Shown: piece by piece, positions 1-9,128 of the stretch
How positions within the stretch are numbered: position 1 is the first letter of the stretch
How the letters are laid out: each line of letters starts with the position of its first letter
From: Candidatus Levyibacteriota bacterium
GTDB lineage: Bacteria > Patescibacteriota > Microgenomatia > Levybacterales > UBA12049
Direction: 5' to 3'
Length of the DNA stretch: 63,150 bases
Assembly: GCA_040900105.1 (NCBI GenBank)
Contig: JBBDZP010000053.1
Coordinates: forward strand, 3,726-66,875
Notes under the pieces: model-generated
What the model was told of the DNA's origin: nothing
Databases searched by the model: none
The model's input: only the letters and a program-made list of their open reading frames with translations
Translations under genes and position numbers: made by a program

Positions 1-128
1 ACCATCCCGTTCTGACTAAAGTAATTTTGTGAAAGCGCGAATGTCCAGACGTAGTAAGGAAGTTGAAACACAGCAAGATATGAAAACGCAGATGCGGCAA
101 TAAATATACCCAGTAGTTTTCTGGTCAT
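1..128 (-). CDS. 5' end of an unidentified, probably membrane, protein gene running off the left edge (partial)
   Basis: ATG at 128..126 opens a minus-strand frame that stays open to the window edge. My translation, MTRKLLGIFIAASAFSYLAVFQLPYYVWTF..., is hydrophobic. It is not in the ORF track and I recognise no family. Confidence 0.3.
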   Translation of the reverse strand, partial: MTRKLLGIFIAASAFSYLAVFQLPYYVWTFALSQNYFSQNGM

Positions 129-130
129 AA

Positions 131-838
131 ATGATATCTTCCTATGATATACTATCATGTGTGAATTTATCAATTATTCTACCGATCCTTAATGAGCAGG
201 AAGGAATTAGAGATTCTATTGCTGACATACTAAGCTATTCAAAGTATTTCTCTGAACTTGAAATAATAGCAGTTAATGACGGTTCTAAAGACAATACCCT
301 CTCCATTCTTGAGGATCTTAAAAAGAAAAATAAAAGGATTAAAATTGTAAGTCATAAAACAAATAGGGGTTATGGAGCGGCGCTTAGAAGCGGCATCAAA
401 AACTCTTCATATGACTGGGTATTTTTCACAGACGCGGATATGCAATTTGACATGAAGGAACTCCTGGGATTTTTACCTCATACCAAAAATTTTGATTTTA
501 TTGTTGGTTTTAGAGAAGGAAGAGCGGATCCACCTAAAGTAAAGTTTAGGTCATGGGTTTATAACAGACTCGTGCGAATGCTTTTTGGGCTCCCTCTAAA
601 AGATGTTGACTGCGCATTTAAGCTTATGAAAAAAACTGCCGTTTCAAAGATTCGTACATCTTCAAATAGTTTTTTTATAAGCGCAGAACTTATGACAAAA
701 GCTCACAAAAAAAGACTTAGGATTAAGGAAATTGGAGTAAAACACCGCCCAAGAAGGAAAGGAAAATCCACCGTGACAATAAAAAGAGTGCTACATACAA
801 TACTGGATCTTGTTAAACTAAGGTTATCTTACATATGA
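131..838 (+). CDS. GT2 glycosyltransferase, polyprenyl-phosphate sugar synthase-like (DPM1/GtrB/CsbB type), soluble form
   Basis: GT-A signatures LSIILPILNE, AVNDGSKDNT, GYGAALRSG and FTDADMQFD (DxD). About 235 aa with no C-terminal TM. Clear paralog of 60733..61443. GTG at 161 (VNLSIILP) is a possible alternative start. Its stop overlaps the next start (ATGA at 835..838). Confidence 0.8.
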   Translation: MISSYDILSCVNLSIILPILNEQEGIRDSIADILSYSKYFSELEIIAVNDGSKDNTLSILEDLKKKNKRIKIVSHKTNRGYGAALRSGIKNSSYDWVFFTDADMQFDMKELLGFLPHTKNFDFIVGFREGRADPPKVKFRSWVYNRLVRMLFGLPLKDVDCAFKLMKKTAVSKIRTSSNSFFISAELMTKAHKKRLRIKEIGVKHRPRRKGKSTVTIKRVLHTILDLVKLRLSYI

Positions 839-2112
839 AAGTTGCAATAATAGGTGCGGGCGTCACAGGTCTTGCCGCAGCTTGGGAGCTTAGTAAGAAA
901 GGTCACAAGGTTGTTGTATTCGAACGCTCAGAAGTTCCCGGAGGACTAGGTACCTACATCAAAGTAAAAAACAATTATGTAGAACGTTTTTATCACCATT
1001 TTTTTGAAAGCGATAGTGAGATAAAGAAAATGGCCAAAGAGCTTGGAATTTCCAGTAAGCTCAAATTTTACAAGGCAAAGACTGGAATATTTTCAGAGAA
1101 TAAGGTCTACCCATTCAGTTCTCCTTTTGATCTTTTAAGATTTAGCCCCCTTTCTTTTATTGACAGGCTAAGATGTGGACTAGCTACTGCATACTTGAAG
1201 TTTTTACCCTTTGCTCCTTACTCCTTGGACAAGACTCCGGCAGACAAATGGATTAAAAAGTATGAAGGAGAAACGGTTTACGAAAAAATATGGGGCCATC
1301 TTCTTGAGGGAAAATTTTCCAAATACTCAAGCAGGATTTCAGCCCTTTGGCTTTGGGGACGAGTCAAGGACAGAAGCCCCAAGCTCGGATATTTTGACGG
1401 AAGCGTAAAGATTCTCTTTGACAAGCTCATTGAAAGGATTAAAAAACAAGGAGGACAGATCAGGCTTGAGGCAGAAATTGGAGGAATTGAGAATAAGCAA
1501 GAAGGAATATTAATAAAAGGAACGGGCATTAGTGAACGATTTGATAAAGTAATAATTACAACTGTCTCCCCTATTGCAAACTTTTTAATAAAAGATGGGC
1601 TAAGTGATGAGTCTAGAAAAAAATTATCCTCAGTTGATCAATTAGGGGCAATTTGTCTAATTTTGGAATTAAAACATTCTATCCAATCGCAATACTGGTT
1701 AAATCTTTGCGATAAGAGGTCAAAAGTCCTGGTAATGGTAGAGCACACAAACATGATCGACAAGAAATACTACGGCGGAAGAACACTGGTTTATCTGGCA
1801 AATTACCTACATAGAAACGACCCGCGTTTCAAATTAACGGATGCTCAAGTTATAAAGCAGTACACGCAGATTTTAAAAGAGATTAACGGAAACTATAGAA
1901 ACTCTTGGATTTTGAAATCTTATATTTCCAGAGTGCCTCGCGCGCAAACAATTTTTAGCACCGGGGCGCTAAAAAAACTACCTCCTTTCAAAATATCCGA
2001 AAATATATACCTTGCAAATATTGACCAGATGTATCCGCATGACAGAAATCTTGACCAGGGTATAGAGTTGGGCAGGAAGGTAGCTGGGATGCTTCTGAAT
2101 AGAATTAACTAG
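835..2112 (+). CDS. FAD/NAD(P)-binding oxidoreductase (HemY/CrtI/amine-oxidase-like flavoprotein superfamily), substrate unknown
   Basis: N-terminal dinucleotide-binding fold MKVAIIGAGVTGLAAAWELSKKGHKVVVFE followed by PGGLG. 425 aa, soluble. Translationally coupled to the upstream GT2. Confidence 0.7.
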   Translation: MKVAIIGAGVTGLAAAWELSKKGHKVVVFERSEVPGGLGTYIKVKNNYVERFYHHFFESDSEIKKMAKELGISSKLKFYKAKTGIFSENKVYPFSSPFDLLRFSPLSFIDRLRCGLATAYLKFLPFAPYSLDKTPADKWIKKYEGETVYEKIWGHLLEGKFSKYSSRISALWLWGRVKDRSPKLGYFDGSVKILFDKLIERIKKQGGQIRLEAEIGGIENKQEGILIKGTGISERFDKVIITTVSPIANFLIKDGLSDESRKKLSSVDQLGAICLILELKHSIQSQYWLNLCDKRSKVLVMVEHTNMIDKKYYGGRTLVYLANYLHRNDPRFKLTDAQVIKQYTQILKEINGNYRNSWILKSYISRVPRAQTIFSTGALKKLPPFKISENIYLANIDQMYPHDRNLDQGIELGRKVAGMLLNRIN

Positions 2113-2114
2113 AT

Positions 2115-3782
2115 ATGCTTAATAAACTTATTATTGCATTCAGTTCCATAGCTACGGCTTCATTAGCGTGTTTTCTTTTATTTTTTCAATTTTTCCAACA
2201 GGATGAATGGCACGGCTTTGGAATTATTCTTTCTCAGGGAACACATTACATAACACTTAATAGATCTATTCCGGAACTTCTTTTGGGAGACAGGGTGGGC
2301 GCGCGTCTTCTAACATTTGGTCTATTTAATATTTTTCATTTAAATCCTCTACCCTATGGATTTATAGCGCTAACTTTGCATTTAGCAAACACGTTCCTGG
2401 TTTTTATACTTGCCCGAAAATTAACCAATAAAAAATCTATTGCCTTGCTATCTGCTCTATTCTTCATAGTTAACGAGGTGGGAAATGAAGCTTACGCTTG
2501 GTTTGGAACCATGAGTGGCTCTGCCGTCTCCGTTTTATTTTTTCTCATCTCTGCTTATTTTTTCTTAAGATTCATAGATACAAACAAAGTAAAATTCGCA
2601 GTAGTTTCAGCATTTATACTTTGGGTATCGTTTTTGTTTAAAGAGATAGCGGTTTTTGCCTTCGTCTTTTATCCTGTGCTCTTTTACCTCTACTCTCCTA
2701 AAAAGCTGAGTCCCCTAAAATTCATTAAAGCATATTCCCCTTTTTTAATTATTGCAACAGTTTTCTTATTGTATTTTGCAAAAACAGTCCTGTTTATCCC
2801 AGGAGACCAGGCAAATTATGTAGGTGCAAATGATTCATTTGTCCCCACACTTCTTGCACATATCGGGCAGTATCCATTAGAGGGCATGGTCCAAACATTC
2901 ATCCCAAATTTCTTTCTATTTATGCTCTCCCCTATTATTACAATGATCTTTGGTTTTCACATACCGAAAGACTCTCTAGAATTCCTTGTAGCAAGTCAAG
3001 GTCAGTACGCCGAATTGACAACGGTTCTTATCTTAATATCCGCAGTAGCAATGATCTTTTTTGTTCTTAGGAAAAGATGGAACAAGGTATCTCTTCTTTT
3101 TAAAAAAACACTGATATCTTCTTTATTGCTTACGGCGCTAAGTTTTATACCCTACATTGTTCTCAACAGGTCATTTGCCTATCTGGATTCAAGACACTAT
3201 TATATAGCTACAATAGGAGCATCTATCTTCCTAGCTACGCTTCTTTTTACTCTTTATCCATTAGTTAAAAGAAAAAGACAAATAATAGTCCTATTTATGG
3301 GAGCTATGTATCTAATCATACATAGCACAACTCTATTTATGGATTTTAAACTCCTGGGAGAAAGATCATATGAAAGACGGTTATTTCTTAAGCAAACACG
3401 ACAGCTAGTACCTAATTTGTCTGAAAAAACTGTGTTCTTTATAACAGGCGATTACGTAGGGTATTATGGATTACCGGAACTCAAGGTTCCTTTCCAGTCC
3501 GGTCTCGGGCACGTATTAATGGTTGTCTATGCAACGGATGAACAGTTAAATTCTAATTTCTTTAAAGAGGAGACCCTTATAAAAGCCCAGGATGTTGGGT
3601 TTTTATATGACATACTGGGTCAAGGGTACAGAGAGACAAACGGGCAAGGATTCGGATATTATCTTGATCGAACCGAACTACAGAAAGCCTTGGATAAAAA
3701 ATTATTTACAAAAGAAAATATCATTTCCTTATATTATGAGAGTGAAAAGAAAAGATTGATCAAAAAGAATAATGAATTTTAA
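2115..3782 (+). CDS. Polytopic membrane protein with GT-C-like layout (putative lipid-linked-sugar-dependent glycosyltransferase)
   Basis: 555 aa with many hydrophobic segments by eye. Acidic DE pair in the first loop (FQQDEWHG). Soluble C-terminal part of about 130 aa. Starts 3 nt after the oxidoreductase stop. Exact family not recognised. Confidence 0.5.
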   Translation: MLNKLIIAFSSIATASLACFLLFFQFFQQDEWHGFGIILSQGTHYITLNRSIPELLLGDRVGARLLTFGLFNIFHLNPLPYGFIALTLHLANTFLVFILARKLTNKKSIALLSALFFIVNEVGNEAYAWFGTMSGSAVSVLFFLISAYFFLRFIDTNKVKFAVVSAFILWVSFLFKEIAVFAFVFYPVLFYLYSPKKLSPLKFIKAYSPFLIIATVFLLYFAKTVLFIPGDQANYVGANDSFVPTLLAHIGQYPLEGMVQTFIPNFFLFMLSPIITMIFGFHIPKDSLEFLVASQGQYAELTTVLILISAVAMIFFVLRKRWNKVSLLFKKTLISSLLLTALSFIPYIVLNRSFAYLDSRHYYIATIGASIFLATLLFTLYPLVKRKRQIIVLFMGAMYLIIHSTTLFMDFKLLGERSYERRLFLKQTRQLVPNLSEKTVFFITGDYVGYYGLPELKVPFQSGLGHVLMVVYATDEQLNSNFFKEETLIKAQDVGFLYDILGQGYRETNGQGFGYYLDRTELQKALDKKLFTKENIISLYYESEKKRLIKKNNEF

Positions 3783-4401
3783 TAAGATCGTTGGTAGCTA
3801 TAAGGACGTACTGTATTACAAAAGTCTTGAAAAGGAGCTTAGAGGCTCGGCATCCGTTTTGGATGTCGGATGCGGGTCAGATTCACCGCTTTCTCATGTT
3901 AAAAAGACATTCATTAGTCATGGCATTGATGTTCACAGGCCAAGCGTCTTAAAAAGCAAGAAAAAGAAGATACACGACCAGTATACTACTGGAGATATAA
4001 CCAAGCTAAGTAAATACTTTAAACCTAAGTCCTTTGATGCGGTTGTAGCGCTGGATGTAATAGAACATTTCCCTAAAAACGAGTCCTATAAACTAATAAA
4101 GGACATGGAAAAAATTGCAAGAAAGAAAGTAATCCTTCTTACTCCAAATGGATTCTATCCCCAAGACGGATACGACAGTAATCCACACCAAATACATAGG
4201 TCGGGATGGAATACACAGGATCTAAGAAAAATCGGATATAAACTATACGGACTAAGAGGTCTAAAGTATTTACGAGGAGACTATGCGACACTAAAATATA
4301 AACCTTGGATTATTGTAGGAATTCTTGCTTTTATTTCAGAGCCGCTTTTATTTAACTGCCCAAGCCTTTCCTATGATCTTCTTGCAATAAAAGAAAAATA
4401 G
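3772..4401 (+). CDS. Class I SAM-dependent methyltransferase
   Basis: Motif I VLDVGCGSDSP and downstream AVVALDVIEHF. 209 aa. Overlaps the previous gene by 11 nt. Confidence 0.75.
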   Translation: MNFNKIVGSYKDVLYYKSLEKELRGSASVLDVGCGSDSPLSHVKKTFISHGIDVHRPSVLKSKKKKIHDQYTTGDITKLSKYFKPKSFDAVVALDVIEHFPKNESYKLIKDMEKIARKKVILLTPNGFYPQDGYDSNPHQIHRSGWNTQDLRKIGYKLYGLRGLKYLRGDYATLKYKPWIIVGILAFISEPLLFNCPSLSYDLLAIKEK

Positions 4402-4404
4402 AAA

Positions 4405-5190
4405 TCACTTACTGTCTTTTGTGAAGACAAATAGGCCACACCCATAATTCAAGTTCCTATAATCTCTGTAATCAACTTTTTCATGAAAATTTCCTTCGTC
4501 ATCAACAACTGAGAAAGAGACCAGCTTTAAATCAGAAAAATAATAAAGAACTGTTTTTGGAGATAATATCCTATGCGCATTAAAGCATATCTTCTCTCTT
4601 CCCATAGGAACGGAGAAATATAAAAAGCCGTCTTCCTGAAGCACTCTACTTAGCTCCTTGCAAGCCTTTTCGGTGCCCTTTGGGTCTATGGGATCTCCGT
4701 ATCGCCCTAACCCTATGTGCTCCACCACATGAAGACACGATAGTGAGCTGATTGAATTATCTTTAAAGGGAAGGTTTAATATGTCTCCTTTTTTTATTTC
4801 AAGATTTTTAAGCTTGGCTTTAAAAGGCCGCAGGTCAACAAATGTTGTTTTTGTGATTTTGGATATATATCCTACCATTTCATACCTGGAAGCAACATCC
4901 ACATGGTGAGATGGCATAGTTTTTAATACATTTTCAAAAACCCATAACTGTTGATAGAAATAATGCGAATCAAACTCATCATGCAGAGTAGTTTTGTCTG
5001 ACAGTATTGGAAACAGATTCATGCCCAAAAGTTTTGCTGACGGATCCTTAATTTTATAACTCACCATGTCGCGCAAATACCATCCGTAACCGGTAACCCC
5101 TTTTACAAAACGTATTGGATCAAAAATTGGGGAACCAATGCGGTAAATTAAATATGCAATGTTCTTTTTTTTGGAATCAAAAACTCTCAT
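4405..5190 (-). CDS. SAM-dependent methyltransferase-like protein (possibly DUF268-type)
   Basis: SLSCLHVVEHIGLGRYGDPIDP and GFLYFSVPMG resemble the methyltransferase fold and what I recall of the DUF268 family. This needs HMM confirmation. Confidence 0.6.
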   Translation of the reverse strand: MRVFDSKKKNIAYLIYRIGSPIFDPIRFVKGVTGYGWYLRDMVSYKIKDPSAKLLGMNLFPILSDKTTLHDEFDSHYFYQQLWVFENVLKTMPSHHVDVASRYEMVGYISKITKTTFVDLRPFKAKLKNLEIKKGDILNLPFKDNSISSLSCLHVVEHIGLGRYGDPIDPKGTEKACKELSRVLQEDGFLYFSVPMGREKICFNAHRILSPKTVLYYFSDLKLVSFSVVDDEGNFHEKVDYRDYRNLNYGCGLFVFTKDSK

Positions 5191-5942
5191 ACTTTTGCAG
5201 GTCCCCTCTTGGTTGCTTTTATATATATAAAGCTTGATAGATTATTTACTAAAGGTAAATTGTTTACAAGTTTATTAACATAATAAACAGGATAAAAAGA
5301 ATTAATAAATCTTATAGGTAAAAATCCAAAATAAGATACTTCAATATTTTCCAGCCTCAATTTTTTAAATATTTTCCTTAGGTTCTTTTCCGAACTTTTC
5401 AAAAAAGTTTTCTCTATATTCCAGGAAGCTTGATCTGAAAAAAGATAGAAGGGGTAGAAGAAAGGATTAAGTGGATTGGGCTCAATAAGAACTATGGTAC
5501 CATTCTCTTTAATCGCCTCTACCAAATTAGCAAGAATCTTGACTCTATCTTTTTCTTTACTTGCCAAGAGATGAAATGTACTAATGCAATATGCGCCATC
5601 AAATTTATTATGATACGGTGGTTTTGAAAAGTCCGAACAAAGTAGCGTAAGGTTCTTATCTAATTTTTTCTCTTTAGCAATTTGAAGCAAAATCTCATTG
5701 GAATCCTTAGATATATCAACTCCTGTAACCCGGTGACCACGCTTCAAAAGTCCCAATACGAATTTTCCGTAACCCGACCCCAATTCAACAACAGATGAGC
5801 CCTTCTTAAGGTTAAGAAATCTAAAGAATTTATCAAATTCCAGGTCTCTTGCCTTAGAAGGTATATACATATTCTTTTTTCTTCTCTGGGCAAATTCATC
5901 AAAAAATTTTTCTGTTTTTTTTCTGTACTTATTTTTATCCAT
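5187..5942 (-). CDS. Class I SAM-dependent methyltransferase
   Basis: Motif I VVELGSGYGKF, then HRVTGVDIS and GTIVLIEPN. 4-nt overlap with the downstream gene. Confidence 0.75.
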   Translation of the reverse strand: MDKNKYRKKTEKFFDEFAQRRKKNMYIPSKARDLEFDKFFRFLNLKKGSSVVELGSGYGKFVLGLLKRGHRVTGVDISKDSNEILLQIAKEKKLDKNLTLLCSDFSKPPYHNKFDGAYCISTFHLLASKEKDRVKILANLVEAIKENGTIVLIEPNPLNPFFYPFYLFSDQASWNIEKTFLKSSEKNLRKIFKKLRLENIEVSYFGFLPIRFINSFYPVYYVNKLVNNLPLVNNLSSFIYIKATKRGPAKV

Positions 5943-7119
5943 AAAAATATCTTAGTGTCTGACTAAAAGCACTACTGAAAATATTTTGCCATATGTATTT
6001 TTTTGAGAGCTCAATAGCATTCTTTCTATATTTTAGGTAGATCTTATTTTCCCCAAGAAGTTTAATTATAGCATTTGCCAATTCTTTTCTGTCGTAATCT
6101 ATTAGGATACCTGCTTCCTTTTCATCTATTTCTTGGGCGATTTCGGGAACACTTGTTATTATAACAGGGAGCCCCGCTGCCAGATAGACTTTTGGCTTTC
6201 CCGCATCTGAATAATATTCATATGAATCTTTTAGCGGCTCAAACATTGCAATACCAATCGATGCCTTTCTTAACTTCTCATCAATATCTTCATGCTTCTC
6301 TATAAATCCAGTAAAGGTAACATTTTCCGATATCTTTAGCTCCTTGGCTAATTTTTGCAAATCCTTGAGCATGGGTCCATCCCCTATTATTAGCAACCTT
6401 ACATCTTTAACTCTTACAAGAACATCAGCAAATGCGGTTATTAAAAGTTCTAATCCCAGTCTCTCGCGCAAATGTCCTACAAACGCAATCAGGTTTCTGT
6501 CAATTCTGGAAGTTGGCAGTCTCTTCTTTGGGTCAAAATTACTGCCGTCCGGAGTTATAATTGTTTTTGCTATTCTTCTTTTATCCGCCCCAATTTTTAC
6601 ACGTCCGTCATTCATCCTTGCCGAGCTATTCCATATAATATCCGCGTTATAACAACACCACCTATCAATAGCATGGTAAATATTGTTTAATATTTTATTT
6701 TTAAAACGGTTTGGTGCATAGTCTACGGTGTGATATACAACTTTTCGTATCCGTCCTAAATTTTTGAGAATTAATAGAACAGCCGTATTTAAATTATCAA
6801 CTCCTATAGCAAGGTCTATTTTATTTTTACATTTCCAAACATAATAAAATGTAAGGCATGCATCTTTAAGATAAAGCAAGATGCCTGATTTAATAAGAAA
6901 GGAGGATTTTTGTCTCTTCAAGAGTTTTCCTTCCCTGTATATTTCCATTTCCGAATTATGATACCTGTCGGGATATAGAGGATGGCCAATAAAAACAACT
7001 TCTTTTGATCTGCTAAGTAACCACTCCTTTAAAACCTGACTTAATCCGGTAGTTCTTGTATGAGTTGCTATAAGGATATTTAAATCCCCGAGGCATTTTT
7101 CAATTTCTTTTGTGCTCAT
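5935..7119 (-). CDS. GT4-type (GT-B fold) glycosyltransferase
   Basis: C-terminal Glycos_transf_1-like region: AFVGHLRERLGLELL, LLIIGDGP, GKPKVYLAAGLPVIIT. The ORF track starts at a TTG (7137). The first ATG is at 7119 (MSTKEIEK...), which I prefer. Confidence 0.75.
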   Translation of the reverse strand: MSTKEIEKCLGDLNILIATHTRTTGLSQVLKEWLLSRSKEVVFIGHPLYPDRYHNSEMEIYREGKLLKRQKSSFLIKSGILLYLKDACLTFYYVWKCKNKIDLAIGVDNLNTAVLLILKNLGRIRKVVYHTVDYAPNRFKNKILNNIYHAIDRWCCYNADIIWNSSARMNDGRVKIGADKRRIAKTIITPDGSNFDPKKRLPTSRIDRNLIAFVGHLRERLGLELLITAFADVLVRVKDVRLLIIGDGPMLKDLQKLAKELKISENVTFTGFIEKHEDIDEKLRKASIGIAMFEPLKDSYEYYSDAGKPKVYLAAGLPVIITSVPEIAQEIDEKEAGILIDYDRKELANAIIKLLGENKIYLKYRKNAIELSKKYIWQNIFSSAFSQTLRYFYG

Positions 7120-8041
7120 TTTGGAGATACCAATCAATTGTTTTTTTTATTCCCTCTTCCAATAAACAGGATGGAGAAAAACCCATTAGCCTCTGTGCTT
7201 TCGTAATATTTACGCTCCTTATCTTCTGTCCTTGGGGTTTTGTAGTATCGTATATCACTTTCCCTTTGAAGTTTGTTAGCTTCACAATCACATCAACCAA
7301 CTCCTTTATGGAAATTGGCTCTGCGGATCCAATATTTACAGGTTCGGATGTTTCCAGTTTTTCCGCTGCAAGAACCACCCCTTCCGCAAAATCCTCCACG
7401 TAGAAGAAATCTCTTTTCTGAGTGCCGTCTCCCCATACTTCCAGGTTTTTTTCAGTTAAACATTTCCTTATTAGGGAAGGGATTACATGTCCATGTTCAA
7501 GGTCAAAGTTGTCCCCTGGACCGTATGCGTTTGAAGAAAGCAAGACAGAAACATTCAGACCCCTCTCTTCATTGTACGCTCTTGACATAACTACAGACAT
7601 TCTTTTTGCAAATCCGTATCCATAACCACCCCTGGCCGGCTCTCCTATAAAAAGGTCTTCTTCGGAAAGAGGAGATGAAGCATCTACGGGATACGCCACT
7701 GCTGATGAGACACATACCATCCTTTTAATTTTTTCTGCTGCTGCAGCTTCAAAGATATTTGTATCTATCAAAAGGCAGTTTCTCATTTGCGTTGCTGGAT
7801 GAGAGCTACTGTATGCAATTCCTCCAACATCTGCTGCCAAATGCAAAATTACGTCAACTCCCTTGACAGTTTTTTTTGCATCTTCGTAAATTTTCAAATC
7901 GTAGTCTTTACTTCGGGGAACAACAATATTTTCTTGCGGCACTCCTCTTTTCTCAATAAGGTTTTTAATGACGTGACTTCCTACAAATCCACTCCCTCCA
8001 GTCACAAGGACTTTCTTACCATTCCAGAAGCTGCCGGCCAT
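7100..8041 (-). CDS. fcl: GDP-L-fucose synthase-like NDP-4-keto-6-deoxyhexose 3,5-epimerase/4-reductase (Fcl/WcaG family)
   Basis: VLVTGGSGFVGSH, LAADVGGI, YGYGFAKR, NAYGPGDNFDLEHGHVIPSLIRK, VWGDGTQKRDFFYVEDFA and DTTKPQGQ align by eye along the whole length of E. coli Fcl. Confidence 0.75.
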   Translation of the reverse strand: MAGSFWNGKKVLVTGGSGFVGSHVIKNLIEKRGVPQENIVVPRSKDYDLKIYEDAKKTVKGVDVILHLAADVGGIAYSSSHPATQMRNCLLIDTNIFEAAAAEKIKRMVCVSSAVAYPVDASSPLSEEDLFIGEPARGGYGYGFAKRMSVVMSRAYNEERGLNVSVLLSSNAYGPGDNFDLEHGHVIPSLIRKCLTEKNLEVWGDGTQKRDFFYVEDFAEGVVLAAEKLETSEPVNIGSAEPISIKELVDVIVKLTNFKGKVIYDTTKPQGQKIRSVNITKAQRLMGFSPSCLLEEGIKKTIDWYLQNEHKRN

Positions 8042-8042
8042 T

Positions 8043-9128
8043 CTACCAATCTACCCTTCCTATCCATTTGTCTCTATTTTTTGCATACCATTTAATTGTC
8101 TTTCTTAACCCTTCTTCCCAGGAAAAATTAGGAGTCCAACCTGTAAGCCTATTTAACTTCGCGTAGTCAACTCGGAGCTCCTCTACCTCGCTTTTCCCTA
8201 TGCGTCCTCTTTTACCAGTGTCCTTATTTATCAATTTTTTACTTTTCCAATACCCTTCTTCTCTTCCGATTTTTATAATAAGGTTATACCAATCTCCTAT
8301 TGAGATTGTTTCTCCGTATCCGTAAACATACACTTCCCCTGGGTTACCAAAAAGAGCTACGTTAATATGCCCCATCGCTCCGTCTTCAACAAAGCAGAAG
8401 TCCCTTTTTGGAGTGAGCGACCCAAGCTCTATAGTGTCTTTATCCAGAGCCTGGGTAATAATAGTTCCCGTTATGAATCTGGGATTTTGACGGGGTCCAT
8501 AGTTATTAAACATTCTGGTAACAACAGTGGGTACCCCATATGCACTGTAAAAATTGCGGGTCAAAAAGTCGGCAGCAACTTTAGAAGTTGCGTAAATACT
8601 TTGAGGATTAAGAGGAGATTTCTCGTCCAGAATTAGACCTCCTTTTTTATCAAAACGGTATTGATTTTTCATTTCCGGATTAACGTTTCCATATTCTTCC
8701 GACGTACCAGCAGTATCAAGCTTAAATAAATCCAAATCCAAATCAACAATTGTTTGCAAAAGGTTTAAAGTTCCAAGTGCATTTGTATTAAAAGTCTCAT
8801 AAGATCTCCTCCAAGATTCTCCTACATGTGCTTGTGCTCCGAGATGAAAAATAATTGGCTTTTCTCCTCCTTCGTTCTTTATTATTTTAAGAACTTCTTT
8901 TATTGCCTGTTTATCGGTTAGATCCCCGTGATGTACCGTTATTTTGCCTCTAAGATGTGGGATATTATGGAGCATCCCTGAAGAAGTTGCCCTAATCAAT
9001 ATATGCACATTGGAACCATAATCTACCAATTTTTCGGTCAGATGAGATGCTACAAATCCGTCCGCTCCCGTTATCAAAACCGCTCTGCCTTTAAGTATCT
9101 TTTGTATGTCCCGATCAGTTTTTTTCAT
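8043..9128 (-). CDS. Extended-SDR NDP-sugar 4,6-dehydratase-like enzyme (Gmd/RmlB-like)
   Basis: VLITGADGFVASHL, HHGDLTD, HLGAQAHV, GTSEEYG, YATSK (YxxxK) and MFNNYGPRQ. It sits directly upstream of the Fcl-like gene. Nucleotide specificity is not decidable by eye. Confidence 0.65.
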   Translation of the reverse strand: MKKTDRDIQKILKGRAVLITGADGFVASHLTEKLVDYGSNVHILIRATSSGMLHNIPHLRGKITVHHGDLTDKQAIKEVLKIIKNEGGEKPIIFHLGAQAHVGESWRRSYETFNTNALGTLNLLQTIVDLDLDLFKLDTAGTSEEYGNVNPEMKNQYRFDKKGGLILDEKSPLNPQSIYATSKVAADFLTRNFYSAYGVPTVVTRMFNNYGPRQNPRFITGTIITQALDKDTIELGSLTPKRDFCFVEDGAMGHINVALFGNPGEVYVYGYGETISIGDWYNLIIKIGREEGYWKSKKLINKDTGKRGRIGKSEVEELRVDYAKLNRLTGWTPNFSWEEGLRKTIKWYAKNRDKWIGRVDW

